DNA from: an uncultured Bdellovibrio sp.
Lineage (GTDB): Bacteria; Bdellovibrionota; Bdellovibrionia; Bdellovibrionales; Bdellovibrionaceae
NCBI GenBank assembly: GCA_963932905.1
Contig: CAWVRN010000004.1
Coordinates: 128,001-192,000 of the forward strand
DNA length: 64,000 bases
Reading direction: 5' to 3'
Shown here: piece by piece, positions 21,365 to 32,092 of the stretch
Position numbering within the stretch: position 1 is the first letter of the stretch
Layout: each line of letters starts with the position of its first letter
Made by a program: the position numbers and the translations under genes
The notes under the pieces: generated by a model
Told to the model about the DNA's origin: nothing
What the model saw: only the letters and a program-made list of their open reading frames with translations
Database searches by the model: none

Positions 21365-23110
21365 ATGAAAACGAATCGCAGACTCCTTTTTTCACTTTTC
21401 GCACTCGCAATATTGGCCATTGCATTTCAAAATTGTGCTGGTTCCGACTTTTTTGTAGTCGCAATGGACGAACTTGAAAGCAGCTCAGAAGCGCCAACTG
21501 CCAAGCTAAATACGTGCGAAAGTATTCTTTATAACGAGTTCTTGAAACCAAATGGTTACTATGCATTTCTTAGCCAGAAATGTGTTACTTGTCATAATGG
21601 TTTAGGACAAGGCCCAGGTTTCGCTAGCCTCAATACATCAACAGCTTGGGAAAAATTTTCGGATAAAGAAATTGCCGGAAACCACCGTGTCAGTGACCGC
21701 GCCGTTAGCGATCACCAACCCGGCGTTACAGGCACACAAAATCAATCAATTATCGGTCCTTTAAAAGAACAATTCGCAGCAGCCCAAATTAAATACGAAG
21801 CGTGTGAAGAAGATCAAGGTGGCGGTGACACGAAAGCCGTATTGAAACCAATTAAAGTCACTCCGTTATCACTCGCCTTTCTTAAAGATACCGGTGAAGA
21901 TCTCACGGACGCTGAAAAGCAATTCTTAAGAAACGAAGTTCTGAAGTATTATGTTGAAGAAAAACCAGGAACTGGTATTTACATCGAAAATCTTCAGACG
22001 CTAGAAAACCTGAATCCTTATGAGCGTCCTATTTTTAATACCGCTACCAATCGTTGGACAAAACAGGCTCTTAAGAAAGTATCGACTTTTGAATTAACAG
22101 ATGAAGAAGCGGCCAATATTCGCGTAGAGACATACAAACTGGTGGACGCCGCAGGTAACCCCATCATGGATAAAGGTGTCCAAAAGGAAAAAACTTATTT
22201 CCTAAATCCATTTCAACGCATCCAACGCAATCAAACAACTAACGCCATTATCGTGGATCCAAAAACGTTTGAACCACTTGTCGAAGAACTAAAACGCGGA
22301 GGGCAGTACACATTTGCACTTCGCAATGGGACGTATACACCCGATGTATCCGGCGATGAACCTTACGTGACATTTAAAATTCAGATTTTCCGTTCACAGC
22401 GACCAATAACAAAAACGGAACAACGTTTAAGTATAAAAAAACGCGTTGACGCCAACACAGTTCAAACTCTAACGGTAGCGCGCCCTACTGCTTATGCTCA
22501 ATCACTAGACCCCTATGTTGTTATTAAACGCCCCGTTTTCAATATCGATAGCGGCATGCCCGCCTCACTGTACCCAAAATATGCGTATCAAATCCAAGAC
22601 CTGGGTATGTATGTTAACGGTGTACTGCAAAACGATCGTACCATTTTCCGAATCATCGATAGTGTCGTTTGTGAAAAAACCGCTATCAACGTCATGGTAA
22701 ATTCCAATTCAGAAATTTTGCCACTTGATTTCAGCAAATCAAACTCGATACAATTCGAGTTTAAAAATGCGGCGATGGTAGACCGTGCGAATTTTACTTC
22801 TAAGCAAATTTCATGCTCTGAAGATGAGCAAATGAATGAAAATGTAGTTTTACCTGACAACGTGACTTACACCGACTTGATGGGCGCTACGGATGTAAAC
22901 GTCTTCAAAAAAAGCTGCGTCAGTTGCCATAGTTCAGCAAACTTAGCCGGAGGATTTGATATTTCGACTTATGATCGCGCGAAAGAACGCAACAGCAAAA
23001 TCGTCGAGCGAATGAACAATGCCAACTCACCGATGCCACCAAACGGAATTTTGAGTCCAACATCGCGTAAATTAGTTCAAAAGTGGATAAGTCTGGGAAG
23101 CCCGCAATAG
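21365..23110 (+). CDS. Di-heme c-type cytochrome lipoprotein
   Basis: AFQNC lipobox; CVTCH near the N-terminus; CVSCH...MPP...WI..G at the C-terminus. Confidence 0.75.
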   Translation: MKTNRRLLFSLFALAILAIAFQNCAGSDFFVVAMDELESSSEAPTAKLNTCESILYNEFLKPNGYYAFLSQKCVTCHNGLGQGPGFASLNTSTAWEKFSDKEIAGNHRVSDRAVSDHQPGVTGTQNQSIIGPLKEQFAAAQIKYEACEEDQGGGDTKAVLKPIKVTPLSLAFLKDTGEDLTDAEKQFLRNEVLKYYVEEKPGTGIYIENLQTLENLNPYERPIFNTATNRWTKQALKKVSTFELTDEEAANIRVETYKLVDAAGNPIMDKGVQKEKTYFLNPFQRIQRNQTTNAIIVDPKTFEPLVEELKRGGQYTFALRNGTYTPDVSGDEPYVTFKIQIFRSQRPITKTEQRLSIKKRVDANTVQTLTVARPTAYAQSLDPYVVIKRPVFNIDSGMPASLYPKYAYQIQDLGMYVNGVLQNDRTIFRIIDSVVCEKTAINVMVNSNSEILPLDFSKSNSIQFEFKNAAMVDRANFTSKQISCSEDEQMNENVVLPDNVTYTDLMGATDVNVFKKSCVSCHSSANLAGGFDISTYDRAKERNSKIVERMNNANSPMPPNGILSPTSRKLVQKWISLGSPQ

Positions 23111-23127
23111 TGGGCTTTCGCTGACGT

Positions 23128-23958
23128 CTATCCAAAACGACCCGTAATATAGTTCTCAGTTCGTTTATCTGAAGGGTTAGTGAAAATCAAATTGCTAGGG
23201 CCATACTCAATCAAATCGCCCAAGTACATAAACGCCGTATAATCAGAACAACGAGCCGCTTGGTGCAAATTATGAGTTACTATCAAGATCGTAACGTCTT
23301 TCTTTAGCTCTACGATAAGTTCTTCAATGTGGGATGTCGAAATAGGGTCCAAGGCGCTAGTCGGTTCATCCAAAAGTAGAATTTCTGGATCTGTCACCAA
23401 AGCGCGAGCGATACACAAACGCTGCTGCTGACCACCGGACAATGAAGTGGCCTGAGCATGCAAGCGGTCTTTTACTTCCGTCCATAAACCCGCTTGCTGC
23501 AAGCTGAGTTCAATTTTTTCATCCATGTAGGATTTTTTCTTGATACCACGAACTCGCAATCCATAAGCTACATTTTCATATATTGTTTTTGGAAATGGAT
23601 TCGGTTTTTGAAAAACCATTCCAATACGCATACGAACTTCCATTGGATCCACATCGCGGCTTAAGATATTTTTAGATTCTGGATAAAGTAGAATCTCACC
23701 ATCATAAGAAACTTCGTTGTATAAATCATGCATACGATTAAAACAGCGTAGTAATGTTGTTTTGCCACACCCAGAAGGGCCAATCAACGCCGTTACTTTT
23801 TTGTCAAATATTGGAAGCGATACATTTTTTAGAACGACTTTATCTTTAGGGTTGTAACTGAAAGACAAATTCTTAACTTGGGAACGTAAAAAATCAGATT
23901 GAACTCCCAAATTGAATTTAGTCGTCGATGTTGTTGGAACTTCAAATTGTGGACCCAT
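23128..23958 (-). CDS. pstB: Phosphate ABC transporter ATPase
   Basis: [45 protein letters not shown]. Confidence 0.97.
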   Translation of the reverse strand: MGPQFEVPTTSTTKFNLGVQSDFLRSQVKNLSFSYNPKDKVVLKNVSLPIFDKKVTALIGPSGCGKTTLLRCFNRMHDLYNEVSYDGEILLYPESKNILSRDVDPMEVRMRIGMVFQKPNPFPKTIYENVAYGLRVRGIKKKSYMDEKIELSLQQAGLWTEVKDRLHAQATSLSGGQQQRLCIARALVTDPEILLLDEPTSALDPISTSHIEELIVELKKDVTILIVTHNLHQAARCSDYTAFMYLGDLIEYGPSNLIFTNPSDKRTENYITGRFG

Positions 23959-23968
23959 AATTATCCTT

Positions 23969-24934
23969 TTACCATTTCATTCTACGACGAAAGCGATAGC
24001 GAATATAAATCGCAATTCCATTCATCAACAAAGTCATCACTAACAATACTGTACCTGTCGCAGCGGCGTTAACGTGAAATTCTGTTTGCGGACGCGACAC
24101 CCAGTTAAACATTTGAATGGGCATGACTGTAAATGCATCATGCAACCACTGAAAGCTTACATAAGGAAATACATTGGATACCGGCGCCGTTGGCAAAAAC
24201 GCGATAAATGTTAAAGCTCCAATAGTTATCAAAGGCGCGGTTTCACCAATCGCACGGGACAACGAAATAATCACGCCCGTCAAAATACCACCGCTGGAAT
24301 ACGGCAAGACATGATGCTGAATAGTTTGCCAGTGACTGGCACCCAATCCATACGACGCTTCACGAATAGAATTGGGAATCGTACGAATCGCTTCCCGAGT
24401 CGTCACAATCACGATGGGTAGCACTAATAGGCCTAACGTCATTCCAGCTGTCAAAATACTTTGGCCAAATTTTAATTTATAAACAAACAGACCAAGCGCC
24501 ATTAAACCAAACGTGATCGAAGGAACACCAGCTAAATTAATAATATTTAATTCAATGATCTTAGTGAAAAAGTTTTTCGGCGCGTATTCTTCCAAATAAA
24601 CTCCAGCAGCGACACCGATAGGAATCGCTACAAATGCCGTAGTTACCATAACAGCCAACGATCCCACCCATGCGGATAGAATCCCTGCTTTTTCAGGAAA
24701 ACGCGACGGGAAGTTGGTAAAAAACTCAGCATTGATGCGAGGAACACCCGTCACTGCTAAATCAATAAACAGAGCTAACAAAGTGCAAATCGCAAATAAC
24801 AAAGTCAAAAGGCCAACGACAGCGAACATAAAATTCTTCGCACGACGCCATTTCAAATTTCTTGCGATATCCACTTCGCTCATAGGCTCCTTTGTTAATC
24901 GAGCCGCTTGGGTATGCACCATTGACTGCTCCAC
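23969..24934 (-). CDS. pstA: Phosphate ABC transporter permease
   Basis: [22 protein letters not shown]. Confidence 0.95.
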   Translation of the reverse strand: MEQSMVHTQAARLTKEPMSEVDIARNLKWRRAKNFMFAVVGLLTLLFAICTLLALFIDLAVTGVPRINAEFFTNFPSRFPEKAGILSAWVGSLAVMVTTAFVAIPIGVAAGVYLEEYAPKNFFTKIIELNIINLAGVPSITFGLMALGLFVYKLKFGQSILTAGMTLGLLVLPIVIVTTREAIRTIPNSIREASYGLGASHWQTIQHHVLPYSSGGILTGVIISLSRAIGETAPLITIGALTFIAFLPTAPVSNVFPYVSFQWLHDAFTVMPIQMFNWVSRPQTEFHVNAAATGTVLLVMTLLMNGIAIYIRYRFRRRMKW

Positions 24935-25857
24935 TATTCTTTCTCCTGAATTTGGCTCTTAATCCACATCCCTAGGATATTAAAGATTAAGGTTAGAACT
25001 AATAAAGTCAACCCAGCAACGTAGATGGATTGATAGCCAATACTTCCATGAGGCAAATCACCCAAGCTAACTTGTACAATAAATGCCGTAATTGTAGCCG
25101 CTGGTTCTGACGGATCTAAAGTCAAATTTGGCTGCATACCTGCGGCGATAGCGACAACCATGGTCTCACCTAACGCCCGCGAAATACCCAAAACATAGGC
25201 CGAACTGATACCCGAGAAAGCACTTGGAATCACAACTCGTAACGTTGTTTGGAATTTCGTAGAACCTAACGCTGCGGACGCTTCACGTAAATGGGCTGGT
25301 ACGGACCGCATGGCATCTTCACTCAGTGAACTCACGTATGGGATAATCATAATTCCCATCACGATACCGGCGCTAAGAACGCTGAAGCCACCTAAGTTAG
25401 GCATAATTTTTTGTAACATGGGTGTTACAAACAACAAAGCAAAGTAGCCGTAGACCACGCTTGGAACTGCGGCCAACAATTCTAGGATGGGCTTCAAGGC
25501 TTCGCGAGCGCGCGGTTTTAAATATTCACTTAGGTAGGCCGAGACAATCGTGCCTAGCGGAATAGCGACACACACCGCAATAAATGTGGCCATGAAAGTA
25601 CCTGCCACTAAAGGGCGGATACCAAACTTAGCATCGCTAAACATTGGCGTCCATTCACGACCCGTTAAAAATTCAGTTAACGAAACACTTTCAAAAAATG
25701 GCAGAGATTCAGAAACTAAAATATAAACAATTCCCATCGTTACAAAAACAGAACTACACGCAGCTAAAAACAAAACCGATTCAATCAAGCGGTCTTTGAT
25801 TTTCCTTAAGCGGCGAGTCGGATGACTTGCAGATGTAAATGCCTTTAGTTCTGACAT
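24934..25857 (-). CDS. pstC: Phosphate ABC transporter permease
   Basis: ELLAAVPSVVYG, SRALGETMVV. Confidence 0.95.
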   Translation of the reverse strand: MSELKAFTSASHPTRRLRKIKDRLIESVLFLAACSSVFVTMGIVYILVSESLPFFESVSLTEFLTGREWTPMFSDAKFGIRPLVAGTFMATFIAVCVAIPLGTIVSAYLSEYLKPRAREALKPILELLAAVPSVVYGYFALLFVTPMLQKIMPNLGGFSVLSAGIVMGIMIIPYVSSLSEDAMRSVPAHLREASAALGSTKFQTTLRVVIPSAFSGISSAYVLGISRALGETMVVAIAAGMQPNLTLDPSEPAATITAFIVQVSLGDLPHGSIGYQSIYVAGLTLLVLTLIFNILGMWIKSQIQEKE

Positions 25858-25863
25858 AAATCC

Positions 25864-26853
25864 CTAATGTTTAGCTTCTTTTTTTAAAAGGTCTTCGATT
25901 TTTAATCCCACTTCCGAGTGGCCATCAAACACAGTCCCTAATTTTACTGAATTCAAATTCTTAGTTGCCAGGTCATACGCCGCCGCCGGAAGCGGTATAT
26001 ACTGCACACTCGGCACCAAAGCTGGTGCATTTTTCATGAAGAAACTAGTGTACTCTTTTACTTCTGGTTTGCTCAATGCTTTTTGGCTGACGTAAATAAA
26101 TAGTGGTCGCGACAGAGGTTGATAAGAGCCATTTTCCACCGTTTGACGAGTCGGCAAAACACTAGGAAGGACTTTACCTTTTTTATCTTTGCCGATGATA
26201 CCTAGGGCTTTTAATTTATCAGTGTTGCCCATGTAGTATGCCATCGGAATGTAACCAATCGCATTTTTCTCTTGAGATACACCTTGCACCAAGGTGTTAT
26301 CATCTTCACTTGCTGTGTAATCTCCGCGAGATGCTTTGGCTTTGCCTACAATTGCTTCTGTGAAGTAATCAAATGTTCCTGAATCAGATCCCGCACCGAA
26401 AAGTTTGAATGTTTGGTCAGGCCATTTTGGATTGACTTGATTCCATTTAGTTACTTTGCCTTGGGCACTTGGTTCCCAAATTTTTTTCAATTCATCGACG
26501 GTCACATCTTTTATCCAGTCATTTTTGGGATGAACAACTACGACTGTGGCGTCATAGGCGATGGGTAACTCGATAAATTTAATGCCCGCCTGTTTGCAGG
26601 CATCCAACTCCATTTTCAAAATCGGACGGGAGGCATTTTGCACATCAGTTTCACCGCGACAAAAACGTTTAAATCCACCACCAGTTCCTTTTGCTCCCAC
26701 CGTGACTTTGTATTTACCTTTAAATTCTTTTTGAAACTCTTCCGACACGGCTTCGGTGATCGGGTAAACAGTACTTGACCCGTCAACAACAACAGTTTGA
26801 GCAAGAGCGGGCGACATCCATACAAACAGCAACAAAGCGGATAATTTAAGCAT
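25864..26853 (-). CDS. pstS: Phosphate ABC transporter substrate-binding protein
   Basis: DGSSTVYP, GTGGGF, SGTFDYF, YQPLSRPLFIY. Confidence 0.95.
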   Translation of the reverse strand: MLKLSALLLFVWMSPALAQTVVVDGSSTVYPITEAVSEEFQKEFKGKYKVTVGAKGTGGGFKRFCRGETDVQNASRPILKMELDACKQAGIKFIELPIAYDATVVVVHPKNDWIKDVTVDELKKIWEPSAQGKVTKWNQVNPKWPDQTFKLFGAGSDSGTFDYFTEAIVGKAKASRGDYTASEDDNTLVQGVSQEKNAIGYIPMAYYMGNTDKLKALGIIGKDKKGKVLPSVLPTRQTVENGSYQPLSRPLFIYVSQKALSKPEVKEYTSFFMKNAPALVPSVQYIPLPAAAYDLATKNLNSVKLGTVFDGHSEVGLKIEDLLKKEAKH

Positions 26854-26919
26854 TACTTTTCCTCTGAAATTTATAGCCTAATTTATACTGGATTTTGGTC
26901 TGTTTATCTATTTGGCCAT

Positions 26920-26936
26920 TGTTAGATTTGTGTTAA
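26920..26936 (-). promoter_or_regulatory. Putative Pho box upstream of pstS
   Basis: Minus strand TTAACA-N5-CTAACA, 11-bp-period direct repeat ~70 bp upstream of the pstS start. Confidence 0.6.
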
Positions 26937-27076
26937 GGCTCTCGACGGAACATCTTCAAAAATTGGCCGATCAATTGCTTTATAACTCACTCGGGGGAAT
27001 ATTTTGAACAGATCGGTGTCTTTCTGATCGTAAAATTTCCCAAACTGTAAATAAAAAGAGCTTTTAAGGGGGAAAA

Positions 27077-27757
27077 ATGAAACTACCAATGAAAACACTA
27101 GTATTTTTACTCGGCTGGTCATTAATCAGCTGGGGGCAAAGTGCGCCTGAGAGCGCAGAAATTCGCAACGTAACAATGTCGGGATCAGGCTGCGAGGACT
27201 CCGCAGCAAGCGCGACAATTTCGCCGGATTTTAAAGATCTTTCGATACTGTTCGACAATCACGTTGTTGAAATCGGTAACGGCAGTCCCGATCCAAACAA
27301 ACTCAAGCTACAAAAAAATTGTCGCATCGATATCGACATCGCTGTGCCTCGAGGCTGGCAATACGCATTTAAAAGCGTCGACTACCGCGGTTTCGTTGCA
27401 CTTCCTGCCAGTGCTTACGGTTTTCACCGTTTAGCCACTATGTCTGCAAACAGCATAGTTCCGACATTGCGTGAAGTGACCCACAAAGGGCCAATCAATC
27501 AGGATTATACTTTCCATGTTGAAGCCAGCCCAACTCGCTATGTATGGTCTTCATGTATTTCAGGTTCACACACCATGATTTTCTATTCGCAACTCGGTGT
27601 TAGTTTTTATCCTAAATTCGCGGATCGTTCGAATGCGATCATCAGTTTAGATTCCAAAGACTTTAGCATGCGTCAAAGTGTGGGTATGATTTGGAGAAAA
27701 TGTCAGTACAGCAACCAACCCACTCCTACTCCAAGTCCACGTCGTCCACGATTCTAA
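27077..27757 (+). CDS. Secreted DUF4360-like protein
   Basis: Signal peptide, GSGC, ILFD, KNC, P.GWQY, DYRGF, W..C. Confidence 0.75.
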   Translation: MKLPMKTLVFLLGWSLISWGQSAPESAEIRNVTMSGSGCEDSAASATISPDFKDLSILFDNHVVEIGNGSPDPNKLKLQKNCRIDIDIAVPRGWQYAFKSVDYRGFVALPASAYGFHRLATMSANSIVPTLREVTHKGPINQDYTFHVEASPTRYVWSSCISGSHTMIFYSQLGVSFYPKFADRSNAIISLDSKDFSMRQSVGMIWRKCQYSNQPTPTPSPRRPRF

Positions 27758-27813
27758 TATTTAAAGTGCATTTCTTCCTTTCCTACGATTTAATTTTAGG
27801 AAAGGAAGCTTGA

Positions 27814-28569
27814 ATGAATTTATTTTCTGATTACATTCCACCGATGACTGTTGCGAAAGCGATTCGTTTGTCTTGGGCTAGTCTTGCTAACACATCCATA
27901 TTAATCCGACTTATATTTCCCGTGATTCTTGCGCTTGTTTTTTGCGTGGGTATTTTAGTGTGGGGATGGCCGATTATCACTTCTGTTTTTGTTCCTTACT
28001 TACAAACTTTTTCTATTATACAGGCGGTGTTTAGTCAGCTGGATGCGTGGTTAGGGTTTTCCCTACTAAGCATTTTCGCGCTACTCATTTTTACGATCCT
28101 AATTTTCACCCTCTCTTATTTTTTCTTAATCATTCTAACCTCTTTGCTGTTGGTCCCTCTACTAAACCCGGTTATAAGAAAACTCTTTTTCCCTAATCTT
28201 GTTGAAAATTCGGAACTTACTTTTTTTGACAGCCTGAAAAACTCGGCAGTTTCTATCGCCATTTATTTTGGATTATTGATTCTGCTTTCTCCCGTATTTA
28301 TTTTTGTGCCTTTGGGACAAATCCTAGTTCCTTATTTTCTAAATGCGTATTTGGCACGACGAGTTTTTCCGTATGATGTTTTACAAAGCTATGCGACAGC
28401 TGCCGAATTTGAACGTTTTATGCTAAAAGAAAAACAGTCTCTATGGACATTAGCTCTGCTAACAGGTGGATATTTTTATGTGCCAATATTAAATGTATTG
28501 GCAGCACCGCTTGCCGCGTTAGCATTTGTTATTTTTTCGATGGGAAAGATCAGCGAATACCGCCGCTAA
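27814..28569 (+). CDS. EI24/CysZ-like membrane protein
   Basis: Multi-TM, YDVL, VPILN..AP. Confidence 0.65.
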   Translation: MNLFSDYIPPMTVAKAIRLSWASLANTSILIRLIFPVILALVFCVGILVWGWPIITSVFVPYLQTFSIIQAVFSQLDAWLGFSLLSIFALLIFTILIFTLSYFFLIILTSLLLVPLLNPVIRKLFFPNLVENSELTFFDSLKNSAVSIAIYFGLLILLSPVFIFVPLGQILVPYFLNAYLARRVFPYDVLQSYATAAEFERFMLKEKQSLWTLALLTGGYFYVPILNVLAAPLAALAFVIFSMGKISEYRR

Positions 28570-28572
28570 ACC

Positions 28573-31275
28573 CTAGGCAGCGTTCGGAATTTGCGCCATG
28601 TTCAACGGGATTTCAATTACAAATTTTGTATTGCGAGAACTTTCATCTAAATAGAAACGACCAAAGTGAGCTTCGATAATTCCTTTTGAAATACTTAAAC
28701 CAAGTCCCGTTCCCTTGCCGACTTCTTTAGTAGTGAAGAAAGGCTGAAAGATTTTACTTTGAACTTCTTTAGAGATTCCTGTACCACTATCCGTGATTGA
28801 AATAACCAGAGTGTTCTGAACGTTTTCAACGCTTAGCTCGACCCACTTTTCTTCTAGGTTCAAAACCGCATCATAGGAATTATTCAACAAATTTAAAATC
28901 ACTTGTGACAATTCTGTTTGGCGACAATATACATCGCCCGTGTAGTTCACATTCAACTTAAAATCGATATACGATTGCTGGAAACGCTGTTGACAGAAGG
29001 AAAGTGTTTCCTCGACTAAGTCTTTAGCCGAAACGAATGCCATGGAATCCATGCTGGCATCGCGTGAAATTTTCCTTAGACCCTTGATAATTCTAGAAAT
29101 ACGATCGACGGTACTAATAATTTTCGTGGCGTCTTGAAGCGTTTTTTCCGTCATACTCTGTGGATTTTTGCCTTCCATGTAGGACTGAATCTGGCGGGCC
29201 TTGCCGTAAATAATCGTCAGCGGATTATTTATTTCATGCGCGATACTGCTGGCCATCTCACCTAACGACGCCATTTTACTGGATTCTGCGATTTTAGCTT
29301 CCTGCTCTTTGACTTTCATTTGTGCTTTCAAGAATTCATTATGCAATTGGCGCGCTAGCTGATGAGCTTTCTCGCCGGTTGTATGGATATTAATGATAAA
29401 CAGAGCAAACATAAGAACAGAGACTGAGCCAATTAAGCCAATCCATGTCGACAAGAAATCATTCGACCCTTCATAAGTGGTACTTTGCGCCCAACGTACA
29501 TAAAATGCACGACCTGCTAAATTAACTTCTGACTTAATGATCACACCGGCTGGATTGATTTTTTCATTTGAGTTGGCGTAAATCATCGAAGCGTCGCTGT
29601 AACTAGGATCACTGTACATTTCAAAAATTAGCTGTTCATTAAACCGACTAAAGATAGAGCCTAAAAAATCACCTGCAAACAGTGGTGCATAAATCCAATG
29701 CGAGAAATTAGCCACGCGCTGTTCTTCAGTATCAGTTTTTGATCCCTTTTTATAAACTGGCAAAAATAGCAAGTAGCCGGCTTGATCGCCGTCGTTATGC
29801 AATAATTGTAGCATCGGTGAAATTTGAGCCTTTCCCGATCGCAATGCTTCCATCGCCGTATCTCGACGCAACTTTTCTGATCCCAAATCCAAGCCAAGAA
29901 CGCGTTTGTTTTTCTTCAATGGTTCTATGTAAGTTATAACTAAGCTATCAGATTCATTTGGCCGTAATTGAACACCCTGTTTTGGACTAAAGGCCTTATA
30001 TTTAAAATCAACATCAAAGTATTTTTGATACGCTTTGTAGTGAGCATCTAACTTAGTTTTGGGTACACGGAATATCACCCCTATGCCATTAATTCCTGGT
30101 GAATGATCTTCAAGATTTAACGACGACACATATTCCTGCCATTCTTTTGGATCCACACTGTCAGAAGCTAAAAACAAACTACGTCCGCCGTTGATTACAT
30201 CAATATATTCATTTAATCGCTCGACAATACGCAGTTCCATATCTTTGGTCACTGCCGCCATATTTTTTGAGTCAGTTTGTTGGTGAGATAACTGCAAGTT
30301 ATAAAAAATAGTAGCCCAAAAAAACCAGCCACCGACAAGGACAATTAAAATACGTTTTTGAAATATATAATTCGCGATATCCGCTAGAATAAATACCGTT
30401 ATAAAAATTCCCACGATAAAAACTTCTAAGTTTAATAAGTTTTGATTGAATGAAGATAAATTAAATGGACCTAGGCCGTTGATCGTATAGAACAGAGCGA
30501 TGACCGGAATCGAGGTGCCAAAAACATAAATAAAGAATCGATTCTTTGAAAGAGCAAACACTAACAAAATTGGCAAAATCAGCATCAAATATTTTAAACT
30601 GTGCAAATCTGAAAGCAGAAACGAGATCACGCCTAAGGCGCAAATAGACATACCTAGTAACGCTATAAATTTGCGTGGATAGGACTGAATCGATTTAACT
30701 AGTTCTAGAAAATCTCCATCGTGAATAGAAATTACTAAAGGTAATACCAATAATGCACCGACGATATCACCAATCCACCAAGTTAACCATGCATTCAGTA
30801 CCAGATCACCACTAAGATTCCCAGATAAAAATAACGAACCAACACCGACCGTTGCACTTACTAGCGGTGCTAAAACAGAGGCGATTCCAATAGAAATCGG
30901 AACAGTCAAATGTTCTAGCTGAGATTTATACCGGCGAATTTTTATTAACAAAAAGTAGCCAACCAAAGCTTCGGTCATATTGCCAATGGCAATAAATACG
31001 GAAGTTATGGGGGCGACCGGCGTAAGAAAATTGACTAACCAAGCACCCAGAAATATTCCAGGTAAAAATTTTCGACCGAAAATAAACAAGGCGGCAATAG
31101 CCAACCCGGTTGGTGGCCACACGGGTGATACACTTGTGTTTAATGTCGCCAATTTCAAACTCTCGCAGGCAACGAAATAGTAGACAATTCCCAATATGAA
31201 ATTGCCTACCAACACAAACCAAAGTTTGCTTTTTAATTGTTTAAAAGAATTTGTTAGATGGCCGTACCAATTCAC
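28573..31275 (-). CDS. MASE1-CHASE sensor histidine kinase
   Basis: PVWPPTG and WWIGD (MASE1), CHASE region, AHEINNPL H-box, NLLNNS, DSGTGI, GTGLGL. Confidence 0.9.
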   Translation of the reverse strand: MNWYGHLTNSFKQLKSKLWFVLVGNFILGIVYYFVACESLKLATLNTSVSPVWPPTGLAIAALFIFGRKFLPGIFLGAWLVNFLTPVAPITSVFIAIGNMTEALVGYFLLIKIRRYKSQLEHLTVPISIGIASVLAPLVSATVGVGSLFLSGNLSGDLVLNAWLTWWIGDIVGALLVLPLVISIHDGDFLELVKSIQSYPRKFIALLGMSICALGVISFLLSDLHSLKYLMLILPILLVFALSKNRFFIYVFGTSIPVIALFYTINGLGPFNLSSFNQNLLNLEVFIVGIFITVFILADIANYIFQKRILIVLVGGWFFWATIFYNLQLSHQQTDSKNMAAVTKDMELRIVERLNEYIDVINGGRSLFLASDSVDPKEWQEYVSSLNLEDHSPGINGIGVIFRVPKTKLDAHYKAYQKYFDVDFKYKAFSPKQGVQLRPNESDSLVITYIEPLKKNKRVLGLDLGSEKLRRDTAMEALRSGKAQISPMLQLLHNDGDQAGYLLFLPVYKKGSKTDTEEQRVANFSHWIYAPLFAGDFLGSIFSRFNEQLIFEMYSDPSYSDASMIYANSNEKINPAGVIIKSEVNLAGRAFYVRWAQSTTYEGSNDFLSTWIGLIGSVSVLMFALFIINIHTTGEKAHQLARQLHNEFLKAQMKVKEQEAKIAESSKMASLGEMASSIAHEINNPLTIIYGKARQIQSYMEGKNPQSMTEKTLQDATKIISTVDRISRIIKGLRKISRDASMDSMAFVSAKDLVEETLSFCQQRFQQSYIDFKLNVNYTGDVYCRQTELSQVILNLLNNSYDAVLNLEEKWVELSVENVQNTLVISITDSGTGISKEVQSKIFQPFFTTKEVGKGTGLGLSISKGIIEAHFGRFYLDESSRNTKFVIEIPLNMAQIPNAA

Positions 31276-31654
31276 TCTATTTATCTCCCCAACGAAGATA
31301 TTGATTTATCGGGAGATTCATAAATTTAATTAGGTGGATTTCTAGTTCTGGACTGAAGTTCTATAGTGGTTATCTTTCCACGTCTGGACCACCCTGTGGA
31401 TTTCTGTAAAAACGATCTGTTGCCCTCAAAAGCTGTCACTGAATTCCAAAAACTGGCAGAGTCTAGACACTGGTCGAGATTTAATTCACATAATATCGTC
31501 GGTGTGGACTATGCTATCGGATCTAGCACGCTCAAAATTCTGTCGACCCAACTTCAAAAGTTCGAGTGCATCGAAATCAAAATCAAATCACAAAGTTAGA
31601 ATTCATTTGAATCTCATGGCTGCCTGTGGCAGACACAAGCCACAAGGAGTCTAT

Positions 31655-32026
31655 ATGTCGGTAATGAGTGAGTTTAAAGAGTTCGCCATGAAAGGTAACG
31701 TCCTAGATTTGGCTGTGGGTTTAATAATTGGTGCTGAGTTTGGAAAAATCGTCAATTCGCTAGTCAATGACGTGATCATGCCACCAGTCGGTTTGCTTAT
31801 CGGTGGAATCGATTTCAAAAATCTTTTTATTACATTGAAAGAAGGCTCAACTACTGCGGCTCCGTATGCAACGTTAGTAGATGCTCAAAAAGCCGGCGCC
31901 GTTACGATTAATGTGGGTTTATTCGTAACGTCTATTATCTCTTTTACTATCATTGCATTTGCAGTTTTCTTATTGGTTAAGTCGTTCAATAAAATTCGTC
32001 CCACACCACCGCCAGCAGCCCAATAG
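31655..32026 (+). CDS. mscL: Large-conductance mechanosensitive channel
   Basis: [29 protein letters not shown] 31655 follows AAGGAG. Confidence 0.95.
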   Translation: MSVMSEFKEFAMKGNVLDLAVGLIIGAEFGKIVNSLVNDVIMPPVGLLIGGIDFKNLFITLKEGSTTAAPYATLVDAQKAGAVTINVGLFVTSIISFTIIAFAVFLLVKSFNKIRPTPPPAAQ

Positions 32027-32037
32027 GCATAAAGACA

Positions 32038-32057
32038 GCCCAATGTTTTCATTGGGC
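32038..32057. terminator. Hairpin between convergent mscL and oxyR
   Basis: GCCCAATG-N4-CATTGGGC. Confidence 0.5.
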
Positions 32058-32092
32058 CTTGGGCAATTCTGAAACACTACTTGCGCGATTTG

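Noticed and set aside
31502..31654. N-terminal extension of MscL
   Set aside because: Strong AAGGAG RBS before ATG 31655, where family homology starts
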